Below, piece after piece: positions 1-8,203 of a stretch of DNA of 64,000 nucleotides (positions within the stretch are counted from its first letter, which is position 1; each line of letters begins with the position of its first letter). The notes below the pieces were generated by a model. The model had not been told where the DNA came from. It did no database searches and was given only the letters and a program-made list of their open reading frames with translations. The DNA lies in the NCBI GenBank assembly GCA_050949525.1, contig JBMNFW010000001.1, forward strand, positions 335,890 to 399,889. The letters run 5' to 3'. The DNA is from Patescibacteria group bacterium (lineage in GTDB: Bacteria > Patescibacteriota > Patescibacteriia > Patescibacteriales > UBA12465). The translations under genes and the position numbers were made by a program.

Positions 1-1
1 T

Positions 2-634
2 TTAAAAGAATTTAAAATTGTTCGTGATATTATTAATATTGAAAGTATTTCTTATGAGGTTTTAGATGATAATATTTTTTTAATTAATATTAGTTCTTTT
101 AATGGCGATACTGATTATTTATTCAGACAAATAGCTAGAGATATTTCTGAAAGAAATCCTAAAGGTTTAATAATTGATTTAAGAAATAATCCGGGGGGAT
201 ATTTGGAGGTGGCTATTGAAATTTTAGGTGAATGGATTAATGGTCAGGTAGCTGTGATTGAAGAATTCTCAAATGGTGATCGAGAGGAATATTTGGCTCA
301 GGGTTTTAATTTGTTGCGTGCATGTCCGACAGTGGTTTTGTTAAATTATGGTAGTGCTTCGGCCTCGGAAATTTTAGCCGGAGCTTTACAGGATTATGAG
401 TTAGCTACTATTATTGGCGAAAGAAGTTATGGCAAGGGTTCAGTTCAAATGGTTAAAAATTTAAAAGATGGATCTTCTTTAAAGTTAACTAACTCCAAGT
501 GGTTAACTCCTAAGGGGACTAGTATTGATAAAGAGGGGATTAAACCAGATCAAGAGGTGGTTTTAAGTTTTGAGGATTGGGAGAATAATCGAGACCCTCA
601 ATTAGAAGCTGCAATTAATTTTTTATTAAAATAA
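2..634 (+). CDS. C-terminal processing peptidase, S41 family (5' partial, runs off window start)
   Basis: The frame is open from nt 2. The translation contains LIIDLRNNPGGYL and GSASASEILAGAL, followed by ERSYGKGSVQ, which are typical S41/Ctp motifs. Confidence 0.8.
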   Translation, partial: LKEFKIVRDIINIESISYEVLDDNIFLINISSFNGDTDYLFRQIARDISERNPKGLIIDLRNNPGGYLEVAIEILGEWINGQVAVIEEFSNGDREEYLAQGFNLLRACPTVVLLNYGSASASEILAGALQDYELATIIGERSYGKGSVQMVKNLKDGSSLKLTNSKWLTPKGTSIDKEGIKPDQEVVLSFEDWENNRDPQLEAAINFLLK

Positions 635-635
635 T

Positions 636-2234
636 ATGACTAAAAAGAAAAACACCAAATTTATTTTTGTAGTTGGCGGAGTAATGTCAGGAGTAGGAAA
701 GGGAGTTACGACGGCTTCGATCGGTCAAATTTTGTCGCATCAGGGTTTTTCTGTTAGTGCTATCAAAATTGATCCATATATTAATGTTGATGCTGGTAAT
801 ATGGATCCAGTTGAGCATGGTGAGGCTTTTGTAACTGAGGATGGTGATCAAACTGATCAGGATTTAGGAAATTATGAAAGATTTCTTAACAAGAATATTT
901 ATAGTAGTAATTATATGACTACCGGTCGAGTCTATCAGTCAGTAATTAATCGAGAACGAAGTGGTGGTTATCATGGAAAATGTGTTCAAGTAGTACCCCA
1001 TATTCCTCAAGAGGTTCGAGATAGAATTCATCGAGCGGTTGAAAAAAGTCAGGCGGAGATTATGGTAATTGAAATTGGTGGTACGGTTGGTGAATATGAA
1101 AATCTTTTGTTTTTAGAAGCAGCTCGGTTTATGAAATTAGAACAACCCGATGATGTTCTGTTTGTAATTGTTTCTTATCTACCAATGCCATCTAAAGTGG
1201 GAGAGGTAAAAACTAAGCCTACTCAACATGCGGTTCGAACCTTGAATGCAGCTGGTATTCAACCTAATTTTGTGGTGGCTCGATCGGAGAATGATATTGA
1301 TGAAGTGAGGCGGAATAAAATAGCGCTTCATTGTAATATTTCTCGAGATGATGTTATTGCGGCTCCAGATGCTGATAGTATTTATGAGATACCTCTTAAT
1401 TTTGAAAAAGATAATTTAGGGCAAAAGATTTTAAAAAAATTGAAATTAAAAGCTAAGCCGACGGCTAATTCTTTAAAACAGGCTCAAGATTGGAAAAAGA
1501 TGTTAAATAATTTAGAGTCAGCTTCCGAGGAGGTTCAGATTGCTATTATCACTGATTTTTCTTTGCGTGATTCCTATGTTTCAGTTTTAGAGGCTTTAAA
1601 GCATGCTGGAGCTAGTAGGAAGTTAAAGGTTAAGATTAAATGGGTTGAGGCCTTAGAGTTAGAAAAGAGTGGCACTCAAGTTTTAAAAAATGTAGATGGG
1701 CTCATAATTCCACAAGGTTGGGGAGAGCAGGGAGTGATAGGTAAAATAAAAGCTATTAAGTATTGTCGAGAGAAGAAAGTTCCATTTTTAGGTTTACCTT
1801 ATGGATTACAATTAGCGGTTTTGGAGATTGGAACTCATGTATTAAAATTAGAAGATGCTAGTTCCGAAGAATTTAGTTTACGCAGTACTAATTTAATGAT
1901 AAAAAAAAGTGTTGAAGATATGCGTTTAGGGTCTCGTGATTGTCAGATAAAGCCTCAAAGCTTAATGGCTCAAATTTATAAATCTAAAAGAATTTCTGAG
2001 CGTCATCGTCATGCTTATGAAGTTAATAGTAAGTATCGTGAATTATTAGAAAAGACAGGATTTATTGTTTCAGCTACTTCTTCAGATGGAAAAATTATTG
2101 AGGCGATGGAATTAAAAAATCATCCTTTCTTTATTGGAGTTCAATTTCAACCTGAATATATTTCTCGTCCTCTAGATCCTCATCCTCTTTTTTTAGAATT
2201 CTTAAAAGCTGCTAAAGATAAAAGAGGGAAATAA
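636..2234 (+). CDS. pyrG: CTP synthase with a degenerate glutaminase domain
   Basis: N-terminal synthase motifs are present: GGVMSGVGKG, KIDPYINVDAGNM and DLGNYERF. The C-terminal GATase-like domain includes ERHRHAYEVN. See the finding on lost catalytic residues. Confidence 0.9.
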   Translation: MTKKKNTKFIFVVGGVMSGVGKGVTTASIGQILSHQGFSVSAIKIDPYINVDAGNMDPVEHGEAFVTEDGDQTDQDLGNYERFLNKNIYSSNYMTTGRVYQSVINRERSGGYHGKCVQVVPHIPQEVRDRIHRAVEKSQAEIMVIEIGGTVGEYENLLFLEAARFMKLEQPDDVLFVIVSYLPMPSKVGEVKTKPTQHAVRTLNAAGIQPNFVVARSENDIDEVRRNKIALHCNISRDDVIAAPDADSIYEIPLNFEKDNLGQKILKKLKLKAKPTANSLKQAQDWKKMLNNLESASEEVQIAIITDFSLRDSYVSVLEALKHAGASRKLKVKIKWVEALELEKSGTQVLKNVDGLIIPQGWGEQGVIGKIKAIKYCREKKVPFLGLPYGLQLAVLEIGTHVLKLEDASSEEFSLRSTNLMIKKSVEDMRLGSRDCQIKPQSLMAQIYKSKRISERHRHAYEVNSKYRELLEKTGFIVSATSSDGKIIEAMELKNHPFFIGVQFQPEYISRPLDPHPLFLEFLKAAKDKRGK

Positions 2235-2236
2235 AA

Positions 2237-2263
2237 AAGGGATTATCTTAATGATAATCCCTT
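2237..2263. terminator. Shared hairpin between convergent pyrG and the lipoprotein gene
   Basis: An 11-bp perfect stem, AAGGGATTATC / GATAATCCCTT, with a 5-nt loop. The A-run on the left gives a U-run for the minus-strand transcript. Confidence 0.6.
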
Positions 2264-2291
2264 GGGGATATATATGTGTTTCTTCACTAAA

Positions 2292-2816
2292 TTAATTAGT
2301 GAAGAAGGTTATTACATTAGTTTCCCCATCATCCTTTGTTAGCCCATAACGTAGGAACCAAACTTCCTTTCCGTTATAGTCTATGGAGATATTATACTTT
2401 AATTCGTGGTTTTTTTCGCTGCGGATTGTGTAGTACACAAATCCATTACTTATACCAGTAATGGTATAAGTGGCGTCATTTTCCACGTTATTGTATATTA
2501 ATACTCCATTTGGTCCCACATGTGGGATTGAAAATCTATCTACGTTCAATGGATTGGGGTCAACTTGACTCCCATCTAAACTTAGACGAAATTTGTAATC
2601 AAATACGTTTGGCCATCCTGGGGCCTCACTTTTTCCTAAAAACTCAGGGGCTTTAGGAAAACATCCAGGCCAACTATAAGTGTAGTTATAGTTATTGTTA
2701 TAACCTGGATTTGTGGGGTCATTGCTAGGACGAAATTCATCTTCTCTTTTTTGGCAAGAGCCAAAAATTAATAGAAGACTTACTAATACTGATGTTAAAA
2801 GAACGATATTTTTCAT
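2292..2816 (-). CDS. Hypothetical lipoprotein
   Basis: Signal peptide with a lipobox-like LIFGSC. A strong SD (AAGGAGG) lies 4-5 nt upstream of the ATG. I recognise no family. Confidence 0.6.
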   Translation of the reverse strand: MKNIVLLTSVLVSLLLIFGSCQKREDEFRPSNDPTNPGYNNNYNYTYSWPGCFPKAPEFLGKSEAPGWPNVFDYKFRLSLDGSQVDPNPLNVDRFSIPHVGPNGVLIYNNVENDATYTITGISNGFVYYTIRSEKNHELKYNISIDYNGKEVWFLRYGLTKDDGETNVITFFTN

Positions 2817-2847
2817 TTTTGCCTCCTTTTTTGAAATTATTAACTCA

Positions 2848-2900
2848 TTTACTAACTAACTTTAGTAATAATTGTTTTATTAACAAAGTTAGTTAGTAAA
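2848..2900. repeat. 16-bp perfect inverted repeat with a 21-nt spacer
   Basis: TTTACTAACTAACTTT ... AAAGTTAGTTAGTAAA. It lies between the GT4 gene stop and the lipoprotein gene start. Confidence 0.8.
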
Positions 2901-2923
2901 CAGAAATAATTTTTTAAGAAGAG

Positions 2924-4027
2924 CTAAAAAGAATAAAGTTTAGAAGTTTGAAGTACAATTTGATCCCAACTATATTCAAACTTCAACTTGTCATTATACA
3001 CTATATTTAAATTTTTGTCAATAGCTTCATCTTGTTCGCCGGCTAAGAAAGATTCTAATTTGTTTTTTAAATCTTCTACATCCTTATTAGCAAAGGAAAA
3101 AGCATCAGGGCCCATTACTTCTACATTAGCTTCAATATCACTAATTAATATTGGTAGTCGGTAAGAGATTGCTTCTAAGAGAGAAATAGATAATCCTTCG
3201 GCTTCTGATGGTTGAATAAAAAGAGCAGCATTAGAAAATAGTTCTCCTAAAATTTGACCACTCTGTTGTCCAGTAAAGATAATATTATTATTATCAGCTG
3301 CTAGTTTTTTTAAACTATCACTAAAATTACCATCACCAACGATAACTAATTTTTTATCAGTTTTAATTTGATTATAAGCATTGATAAGGTGTTCAATTCC
3401 TTTATTTCTAACTAAGCGAGAAATAGATACTAGGTAAGAATCTTTATTTAATCCCCATTTTTCTTTTATTAAATTAGCTTCTAAAATTTTTGGTAAATCA
3501 ACCCCATTAGGAATGTAGTGAGCGGTTCGATTATATTTTTCTTCGACATATTTTTTTAAAGATTTAGAAACTACAATAACCTCGTCAGCTAATCGAGATC
3601 CAATTCTTTCTCCGAGTAATAGATAAAATTGAGCTAATTTACCCCATTTACTATTATGGTAGCATTGGCTATGAAAAGTAAAGACAACCTTAACTCGAGG
3701 TCGGAATAATTTTACTAGCCAAATTAAAGAAGCTGGTCCAATAGAGTGAAAATGAATAACATCAGCTTTAGGTCGTCGGAAGATAAAATTTAAGACAGCT
3801 AAAAAGGTATGACTAATAGCATCTAAACTTTTAGTTGAAATACTTGGTAGGGGAATAAGCTTAACACCCTGATATTCTTTTAACTTTTTATCAGTATAAT
3901 TATATCGAGTATAGGCATAAACTTGATGTCCTGATTCTACTAGTTTTCGAGCCAAATTATCAACATGATTTTCAACGCCACCTCCTACTGCTGGTATTCC
4001 TTTTTGTCCAATTAAATATATTCTCAT
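2924..4027 (-). CDS. Glycosyltransferase family 4
   Basis: GT-B fold hallmarks: N-terminal GGVENHV and C-terminal PSEAEGLSISLLEA (the E-x7-E region). An extended -10 TGCTATAAT lies upstream at 4051-4059 on the minus strand. Confidence 0.8.
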   Translation of the reverse strand: MRIYLIGQKGIPAVGGGVENHVDNLARKLVESGHQVYAYTRYNYTDKKLKEYQGVKLIPLPSISTKSLDAISHTFLAVLNFIFRRPKADVIHFHSIGPASLIWLVKLFRPRVKVVFTFHSQCYHNSKWGKLAQFYLLLGERIGSRLADEVIVVSKSLKKYVEEKYNRTAHYIPNGVDLPKILEANLIKEKWGLNKDSYLVSISRLVRNKGIEHLINAYNQIKTDKKLVIVGDGNFSDSLKKLAADNNNIIFTGQQSGQILGELFSNAALFIQPSEAEGLSISLLEAISYRLPILISDIEANVEVMGPDAFSFANKDVEDLKNKLESFLAGEQDEAIDKNLNIVYNDKLKFEYSWDQIVLQTSKLYSF

Positions 4028-4086
4028 ATTTTTACAATTAATAACTCCTGATTATAGCATAAATGTAATTATATGTCAATAGTAAC

Positions 4087-4110
4087 AAAAAAACTCTATG
4101 ATAGAGTTTT
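4087..4110 (-). terminator. Rho-independent terminator after corA
   Basis: Stem AAAACTC / GAGTTTT with a 7-nt loop, followed on the minus strand by a T-run. Confidence 0.55.
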
Positions 4111-4136
4111 GGTATTATTTTCTTTGTTTATTTAGA

Positions 4137-5108
4137 CTATAACCACCTTTTTTTACGGAAGAAAAGTAAGAGTATTAAGCCTACTATTATCATAATAGCT
4201 GAGGTGATAAAAAAATCATTTAGACCTTCTGAAGTTCTTAGGGGATTAGGGTTTAAGTTCATTCCTAACATTGAGGCGATGAGATTTAGGGGCATTAGAA
4301 TAATAGAAACCACGGTTAAGGTTTTCATAATATTATTAATTCTGTAACTACTAATTGAATCACTAGTATCTTGGAGGGAATCAATAATTTCTTTTTGTGT
4401 TTCAGAAAATTCCCAAATTCTTTCGCTATGAATGGCTAGGCTATCATAATAGTTAAAAATTTTATTTTGAGATACTAAACTGCTTTTCATTTCAGTTAAT
4501 TTTTTCATAATATTTTTGTGATTTTGGATAATACGACGAATATTAATAATATTTCTTTTTAGTTTTAATAATTGAGCTGTAATAATCTTTTGTTTTTGGG
4601 AGAATATAATTTCTTCTAATTCGTTAATTTCAACATTATTTTTATCTAATAATTCATAAGAATCTTGAATGAGTTTTTCTAATATTTCGTATAATAATAT
4701 GGCAGATGATTCGAGATTATATGATTCTAAGAAAATAGTATCTTCGCGACAGTAGTTAAAAAAATTATTTAAAGCTTTAGTTTTACCATCGTGTAAACTA
4801 ATTAAAAATCCATGTCCAACAAAAAACTCTATTTCTCCCGGAATAATTTGTTTATTGGGACCTAGGACTGGAAAGTGGAGTATGATAAAAATATAGTTTT
4901 TACCTCGATGAACAATCGGGCGTTGTGAGATGTGTTTACTTAAAGAAGCTTGGAGGTGCTTATCTTCAAAATCAAAATTTTCCTTTAAGTATTTTATTTC
5001 TTTTTTTTCAGGATTAATAATATTATACCACTTGATTTTTTTAGGATCACGAGGATTATCAATAGTTAAAACCTTTATTTTTTTAGATATTTGTTTAAAA
5101 TTATTCAT
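4137..5108 (-). CDS. corA: Magnesium/cobalt transporter, CorA family
   Basis: GMN signature (MLGMNL) before the last TM helix. There are two C-terminal TM helices and the length is typical of CorA. Confidence 0.85.
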   Translation of the reverse strand: MNNFKQISKKIKVLTIDNPRDPKKIKWYNIINPEKKEIKYLKENFDFEDKHLQASLSKHISQRPIVHRGKNYIFIILHFPVLGPNKQIIPGEIEFFVGHGFLISLHDGKTKALNNFFNYCREDTIFLESYNLESSAILLYEILEKLIQDSYELLDKNNVEINELEEIIFSQKQKIITAQLLKLKRNIINIRRIIQNHKNIMKKLTEMKSSLVSQNKIFNYYDSLAIHSERIWEFSETQKEIIDSLQDTSDSISSYRINNIMKTLTVVSIILMPLNLIASMLGMNLNPNPLRTSEGLNDFFITSAIMIIVGLILLLFFRKKRWL

Positions 5109-5141
5109 GACATTACTTTAACATATTTTGAGGAAATAAAA

Positions 5142-5163
5142 AAGCTCTTATTCTAAAGAGCTT
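5142..5163 (-). terminator. Rho-independent terminator
   Basis: Stem AAGCTCTT / AAGAGCTT with a 6-nt loop. On the minus strand it is followed by TTTTATTT. Confidence 0.55.
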
Positions 5164-5393
5164 GTTACTTTTTCTTCTGGTTCCGGTAGTTCATACTCAG
5201 AAACCCAACCGTCTCTAAAATATATTTTAAAGCTGTTGTTCTCTAAGTTATAGAATCTATTATGCGGATCTGATAGAAAGTAGAAGTCAGAGAAATCTCC
5301 TTATTGTGGAAGAAGAAGAATACTAAATCATCATAGCATTCTTTAAATGCGGGTTCCTCAATCTCGAAATGATATTCGAACCCATTTTGAATA
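5164..5393 (-). pseudogene. Possible decayed or frameshifted small gene
   Basis: Two adjacent minus-strand open frames read coherently across one frameshift: ...NGFEYHFEIEEPAFKECYDDLVFFFFHNKE, then GDFSDFYFLSDPHNRFYNLENNSFKIYFRDGWVSEYELPEPEEK. Neither has a usable start codon. Confidence 0.3.
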
Positions 5394-5834
5394 CTATCGT
5401 GATCCTATGAATTTCATTTTTATGAATTCATAGTAATCCATATCACCAACTATAATGATGATAGGATCTTCGAGGCATGAAAATACTACTTCATATTTTC
5501 CTTCTTTTTCCGCAAAGAAGGAAAATTCATCTGGCCTTTCTTTTTTGTCGACCCTCTCACACTCTTCTTCCGGGTAAACTTCCCATTCTAATGGAGGAAG
5601 ATTTTTTCCCCAGAAGAAAACTGAAGTTTTCTTAGGAACAAAAAAGATATTTTTTTCTCCTGTTAAAATTTGTTCTCGCCAAATACTTTTTGTATTTGGT
5701 TCTCCCCATATATGTTTTTTACTATCTATACAGATAGTGGGGGTATTAATAACTCCAACTTTTTTAGTAGTGGAGCAAGAACAAATTATTATAGATATAG
5801 AGAAAATTACCAAAATAAAAACAAATTTTTTCAT
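5394..5834 (-). CDS. Hypothetical lipoprotein
   Basis: Signal peptide with lipobox IIICSC. It is preceded by the conserved leader box (5843-5856) at the fixed spacing. Confidence 0.6.
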   Translation of the reverse strand: MKKFVFILVIFSISIIICSCSTTKKVGVINTPTICIDSKKHIWGEPNTKSIWREQILTGEKNIFFVPKKTSVFFWGKNLPPLEWEVYPEEECERVDKKERPDEFSFFAEKEGKYEVVFSCLEDPIIIIVGDMDYYEFIKMKFIGSR

Positions 5835-5842
5835 AGCTGTAA

Positions 5843-5856
5843 TTTTAAAAGAACTA
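5843..5856 (-). promoter_or_regulatory. Conserved leader box TAGTTCTTTTAAAA
   Basis: The minus strand reads TAGTTCTTTTAAAA, then ttacagct (8 nt), then ATG of the 5834 gene. A TGACA-17-TAGTCT promoter-like pair lies just upstream. Confidence 0.6.
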
Positions 5857-6002
5857 ATTACAGACTATCATTAATATTAATTTTTGTCAGTTTTATTTGA
5901 TGACTAAAAAATGATTTTTTAGAATTTTTAATTATTATAATAAAGGGGTTGATTCTATGGAATAAATGTTGTATGATTTATAGGTAATTTTAATGAAAAA
6001 CA

Positions 6003-7649
6003 ATGGGAAATAGAAAAATATTCATTGGAGCTGCTTGGCCTTATGCCAATGGCTCCTTACATTTAGGTCATGCGGCAGCTTTATTAGGTTCAGATGTTTT
6101 AGCTCGCTATTTTCGTCTTAATGGTGATTCAGTTTTATTTGTTTCGGGAAGTGATTGTCATGGAACACCGATTGCCTTACAAGCAGAAAAATTAGGAATA
6201 AAGCCTGAAGAAATAGCTAATAAATATCATCAAGAATTTTCTAAGACCTTAATTCAGGGTTTAAATTTTTCTTTTGATTATTACAGTGAAACCACTAAGG
6301 AAAGCCATCAAAAATTAGTTCAAGATATTTTTTTAGATTTATGGAAAAAGAAACTAATTTATACCAAGACTGAAGAGTTAGCTTATTGTGACACTTGTCA
6401 ACGATTTTTACCAGATAGATATATTGAGGGAGAATGTCCTCATTGTCATTTTGGTTCGGCTCGAGGTGATCAATGTGATAATTGTGGTAACTTAATTGAT
6501 CCTAAAACTTTAATTAAACCACAGTGTCAGATTTGTCATCAAGCCCCAGTGTGGAAAGAGTCCGAGCATTTCTTTTTAAAAATTTCGGCTTTTAATGATG
6601 ACCTAAAGCAATGGGTAGAAAATAGTCAGGGTTGGCGTTTAAATGCTAAGAGTTTTAGTTTAGAGCTTTTAAAGCAGGGATTTAGAGATCGGGCCATTAG
6701 TCGAGATACTGATTGGGGAATACCAATTCCTTTACCCGGCTATGAATCTAAGAGAATTTATGTTTGGTTTGAGGCTGTTTGTGGTTATTTATCAGCTAGC
6801 CAAGATTGGAATTCAGAAACTTGGAAAGATTTTTGGCAAAATGATTCCGCTTGTCATTATTATGTTCATGGTAAAGATAATATTCCTTTTCATACTATCA
6901 TTTGGCCGAGTATTTTATTAGGTTTAGGGGATCTTAATTTACCCAATAGAATCATATCTTCTGAGTATATGACTTTAGAAAAGAAACAGTTTTCTACGAG
7001 TCGTAATTGGATGGTCTCTTTACCAGATTTTTTAAGTGAATTTGAAGCTGATCTGTTACGTTATTATTTAATTGTTAATGGTCCTGAAACTTCTGATGCT
7101 GATTTTTCTTGGTCTGAGTTTGCTCTTCGGATTAACAAAGAATTGGTAGGAACTTTCGGTAATTTTGTGTTTCGGGTTCTATCTTTTATTTCTAAAAATT
7201 TTAACAATAATTTAGATTTTCCTGAGGATTTGAAAGAGGATGAAGTAGAAATTCTAAAATTAGCTTCTGAAACATTTTCTAAAGTTGGACAATCTTTAGA
7301 GGCCGGACGTTTTCGTCAGGCTTTAAGAGATGTTTTCTTTCTAGCTGAAGAGGGAAATCGTTATTTGAATAATAAAGCTCCTTGGAAAGTAATAAAAGAG
7401 GATAGGGAGCAGGCTCAAAGAGACTTAACTTTAATGGCCTATATTATCAAATGTTTAGCTGTATTAATTAATCCTTTTTTACCACAAAGTTCGGAACCTT
7501 TAGCCGATCAAGTTGGTTTAGATTTTAATCAATTTAAGTGGGGTGCACCTTTGGATAAAGGTCTAGAATTAGGGATAATTAGGCCCTTATTTAAAACCAT
7601 TAGCGAGGAAGAGATCAAAGTTCAAGAAAAAAAACTAAACAGGTGTTGA
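6003..7649 (+). CDS. metG: Methionine--tRNA ligase (short form without the C-terminal tRNA-binding domain)
   Basis: HIGH motif (HLGHAA), zinc knuckles CPHC...CDNC and a KMSKS-like KFSTSR. Confidence 0.9.
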   Translation: MGNRKIFIGAAWPYANGSLHLGHAAALLGSDVLARYFRLNGDSVLFVSGSDCHGTPIALQAEKLGIKPEEIANKYHQEFSKTLIQGLNFSFDYYSETTKESHQKLVQDIFLDLWKKKLIYTKTEELAYCDTCQRFLPDRYIEGECPHCHFGSARGDQCDNCGNLIDPKTLIKPQCQICHQAPVWKESEHFFLKISAFNDDLKQWVENSQGWRLNAKSFSLELLKQGFRDRAISRDTDWGIPIPLPGYESKRIYVWFEAVCGYLSASQDWNSETWKDFWQNDSACHYYVHGKDNIPFHTIIWPSILLGLGDLNLPNRIISSEYMTLEKKQFSTSRNWMVSLPDFLSEFEADLLRYYLIVNGPETSDADFSWSEFALRINKELVGTFGNFVFRVLSFISKNFNNNLDFPEDLKEDEVEILKLASETFSKVGQSLEAGRFRQALRDVFFLAEEGNRYLNNKAPWKVIKEDREQAQRDLTLMAYIIKCLAVLINPFLPQSSEPLADQVGLDFNQFKWGAPLDKGLELGIIRPLFKTISEEEIKVQEKKLNRC

Positions 7650-7675
7650 CATAATCTTTCTTATGTGATACTCTG
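7646..7675 (+). promoter_or_regulatory. Sigma70-like promoter (TTGACA plus TGtGATACT)
   Basis: AGGTGTTGACA overlaps the metG stop codon. An extended -10-like TGTGATACT lies downstream. The same AGGTGTTGACA string recurs at 56354-56364. Confidence 0.5.
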
Positions 7676-7678
7676 CTT

Positions 7679-7691
7679 TAGTTCTTTAAAA
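7679..7691 (+). promoter_or_regulatory. Conserved leader box TAGTTCTTTAAAA
   Basis: TAGTTCTTTAAAA, then aatatcgt (8 nt), then ATG at 7700. Confidence 0.6.
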
Positions 7692-7699
7692 AATATCGT

Positions 7700-8146
7700 A
7701 TGAATTGGATAGAAGTTGGGGTAATGATTTTGGTGATTTTAATCATTATCATAGTTGAAAAAATAAATCACCGAGATGAAGAGAAAAAAGGGGATGAAAT
7801 TGAGGATCGATTTTTAAGTATTGAGAAGAAAATTACATTTTTATTCTTAGCTTTAATCGGTTTTACTTTCCTAGCTGGTATGATATTATTAGCTGTTTTA
7901 GCTGATATATTTCTACTTCTGGGAATTACTATCTCACCTTTTATTTTTATTGTTTACAGCTTAGTAAAGCTAGCTGAATTCAATAAAAGGTTTTCTTTTT
8001 TCTTAAATTTAGGATTTATATTATCAATTATTATATTAATAATTGATAAAAATCCTTATTACATTCACTCATTATTTATATTATTCACCATATTTATGGT
8101 GATATCTTTATTTAGAATAATGAGAAAAAATAGAAGTCAAAAATAG
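7700..8146 (+). CDS. Hypothetical multi-pass membrane protein
   Basis: Four or five hydrophobic helices and no recognisable family. It has a leader box and a terminator. Confidence 0.6.
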   Translation: MNWIEVGVMILVILIIIIVEKINHRDEEKKGDEIEDRFLSIEKKITFLFLALIGFTFLAGMILLAVLADIFLLLGITISPFIFIVYSLVKLAEFNKRFSFFLNLGFILSIIILIIDKNPYYIHSLFILFTIFMVISLFRIMRKNRSQK

Positions 8147-8158
8147 ACTTCTTTTTTA
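8132..8158 (+). terminator. Rho-independent terminator
   Basis: Stem AGAAGTC / GACTTCT spans the stop codon and is followed by TTTTTTA. Confidence 0.65.
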
Positions 8159-8203
8159 TTTTTTAGAAAAATGCTATAATCAGGTAGAATAAAAAATGAA
8201 ATT

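Noticed and set aside
4930-5121. Short ORFs antisense to, or nested in, well-supported genes. Examples are 4930-5121, 5670-5900, 20998-21201, 22388-22714, 30472-30654, 31223-31428, 36840-37067, 39686-39913, 42849-43043, 45504-45752, 46030-46263, 46537-46746, 51070-51276, 54071-54373 and 57222-57509.
   Set aside because: Each lies inside a longer ORF with clear family motifs on the other strand or frame. They have low-complexity, Ile/Leu/Phe/Lys-rich translations typical of AT-rich noise, and no start context.
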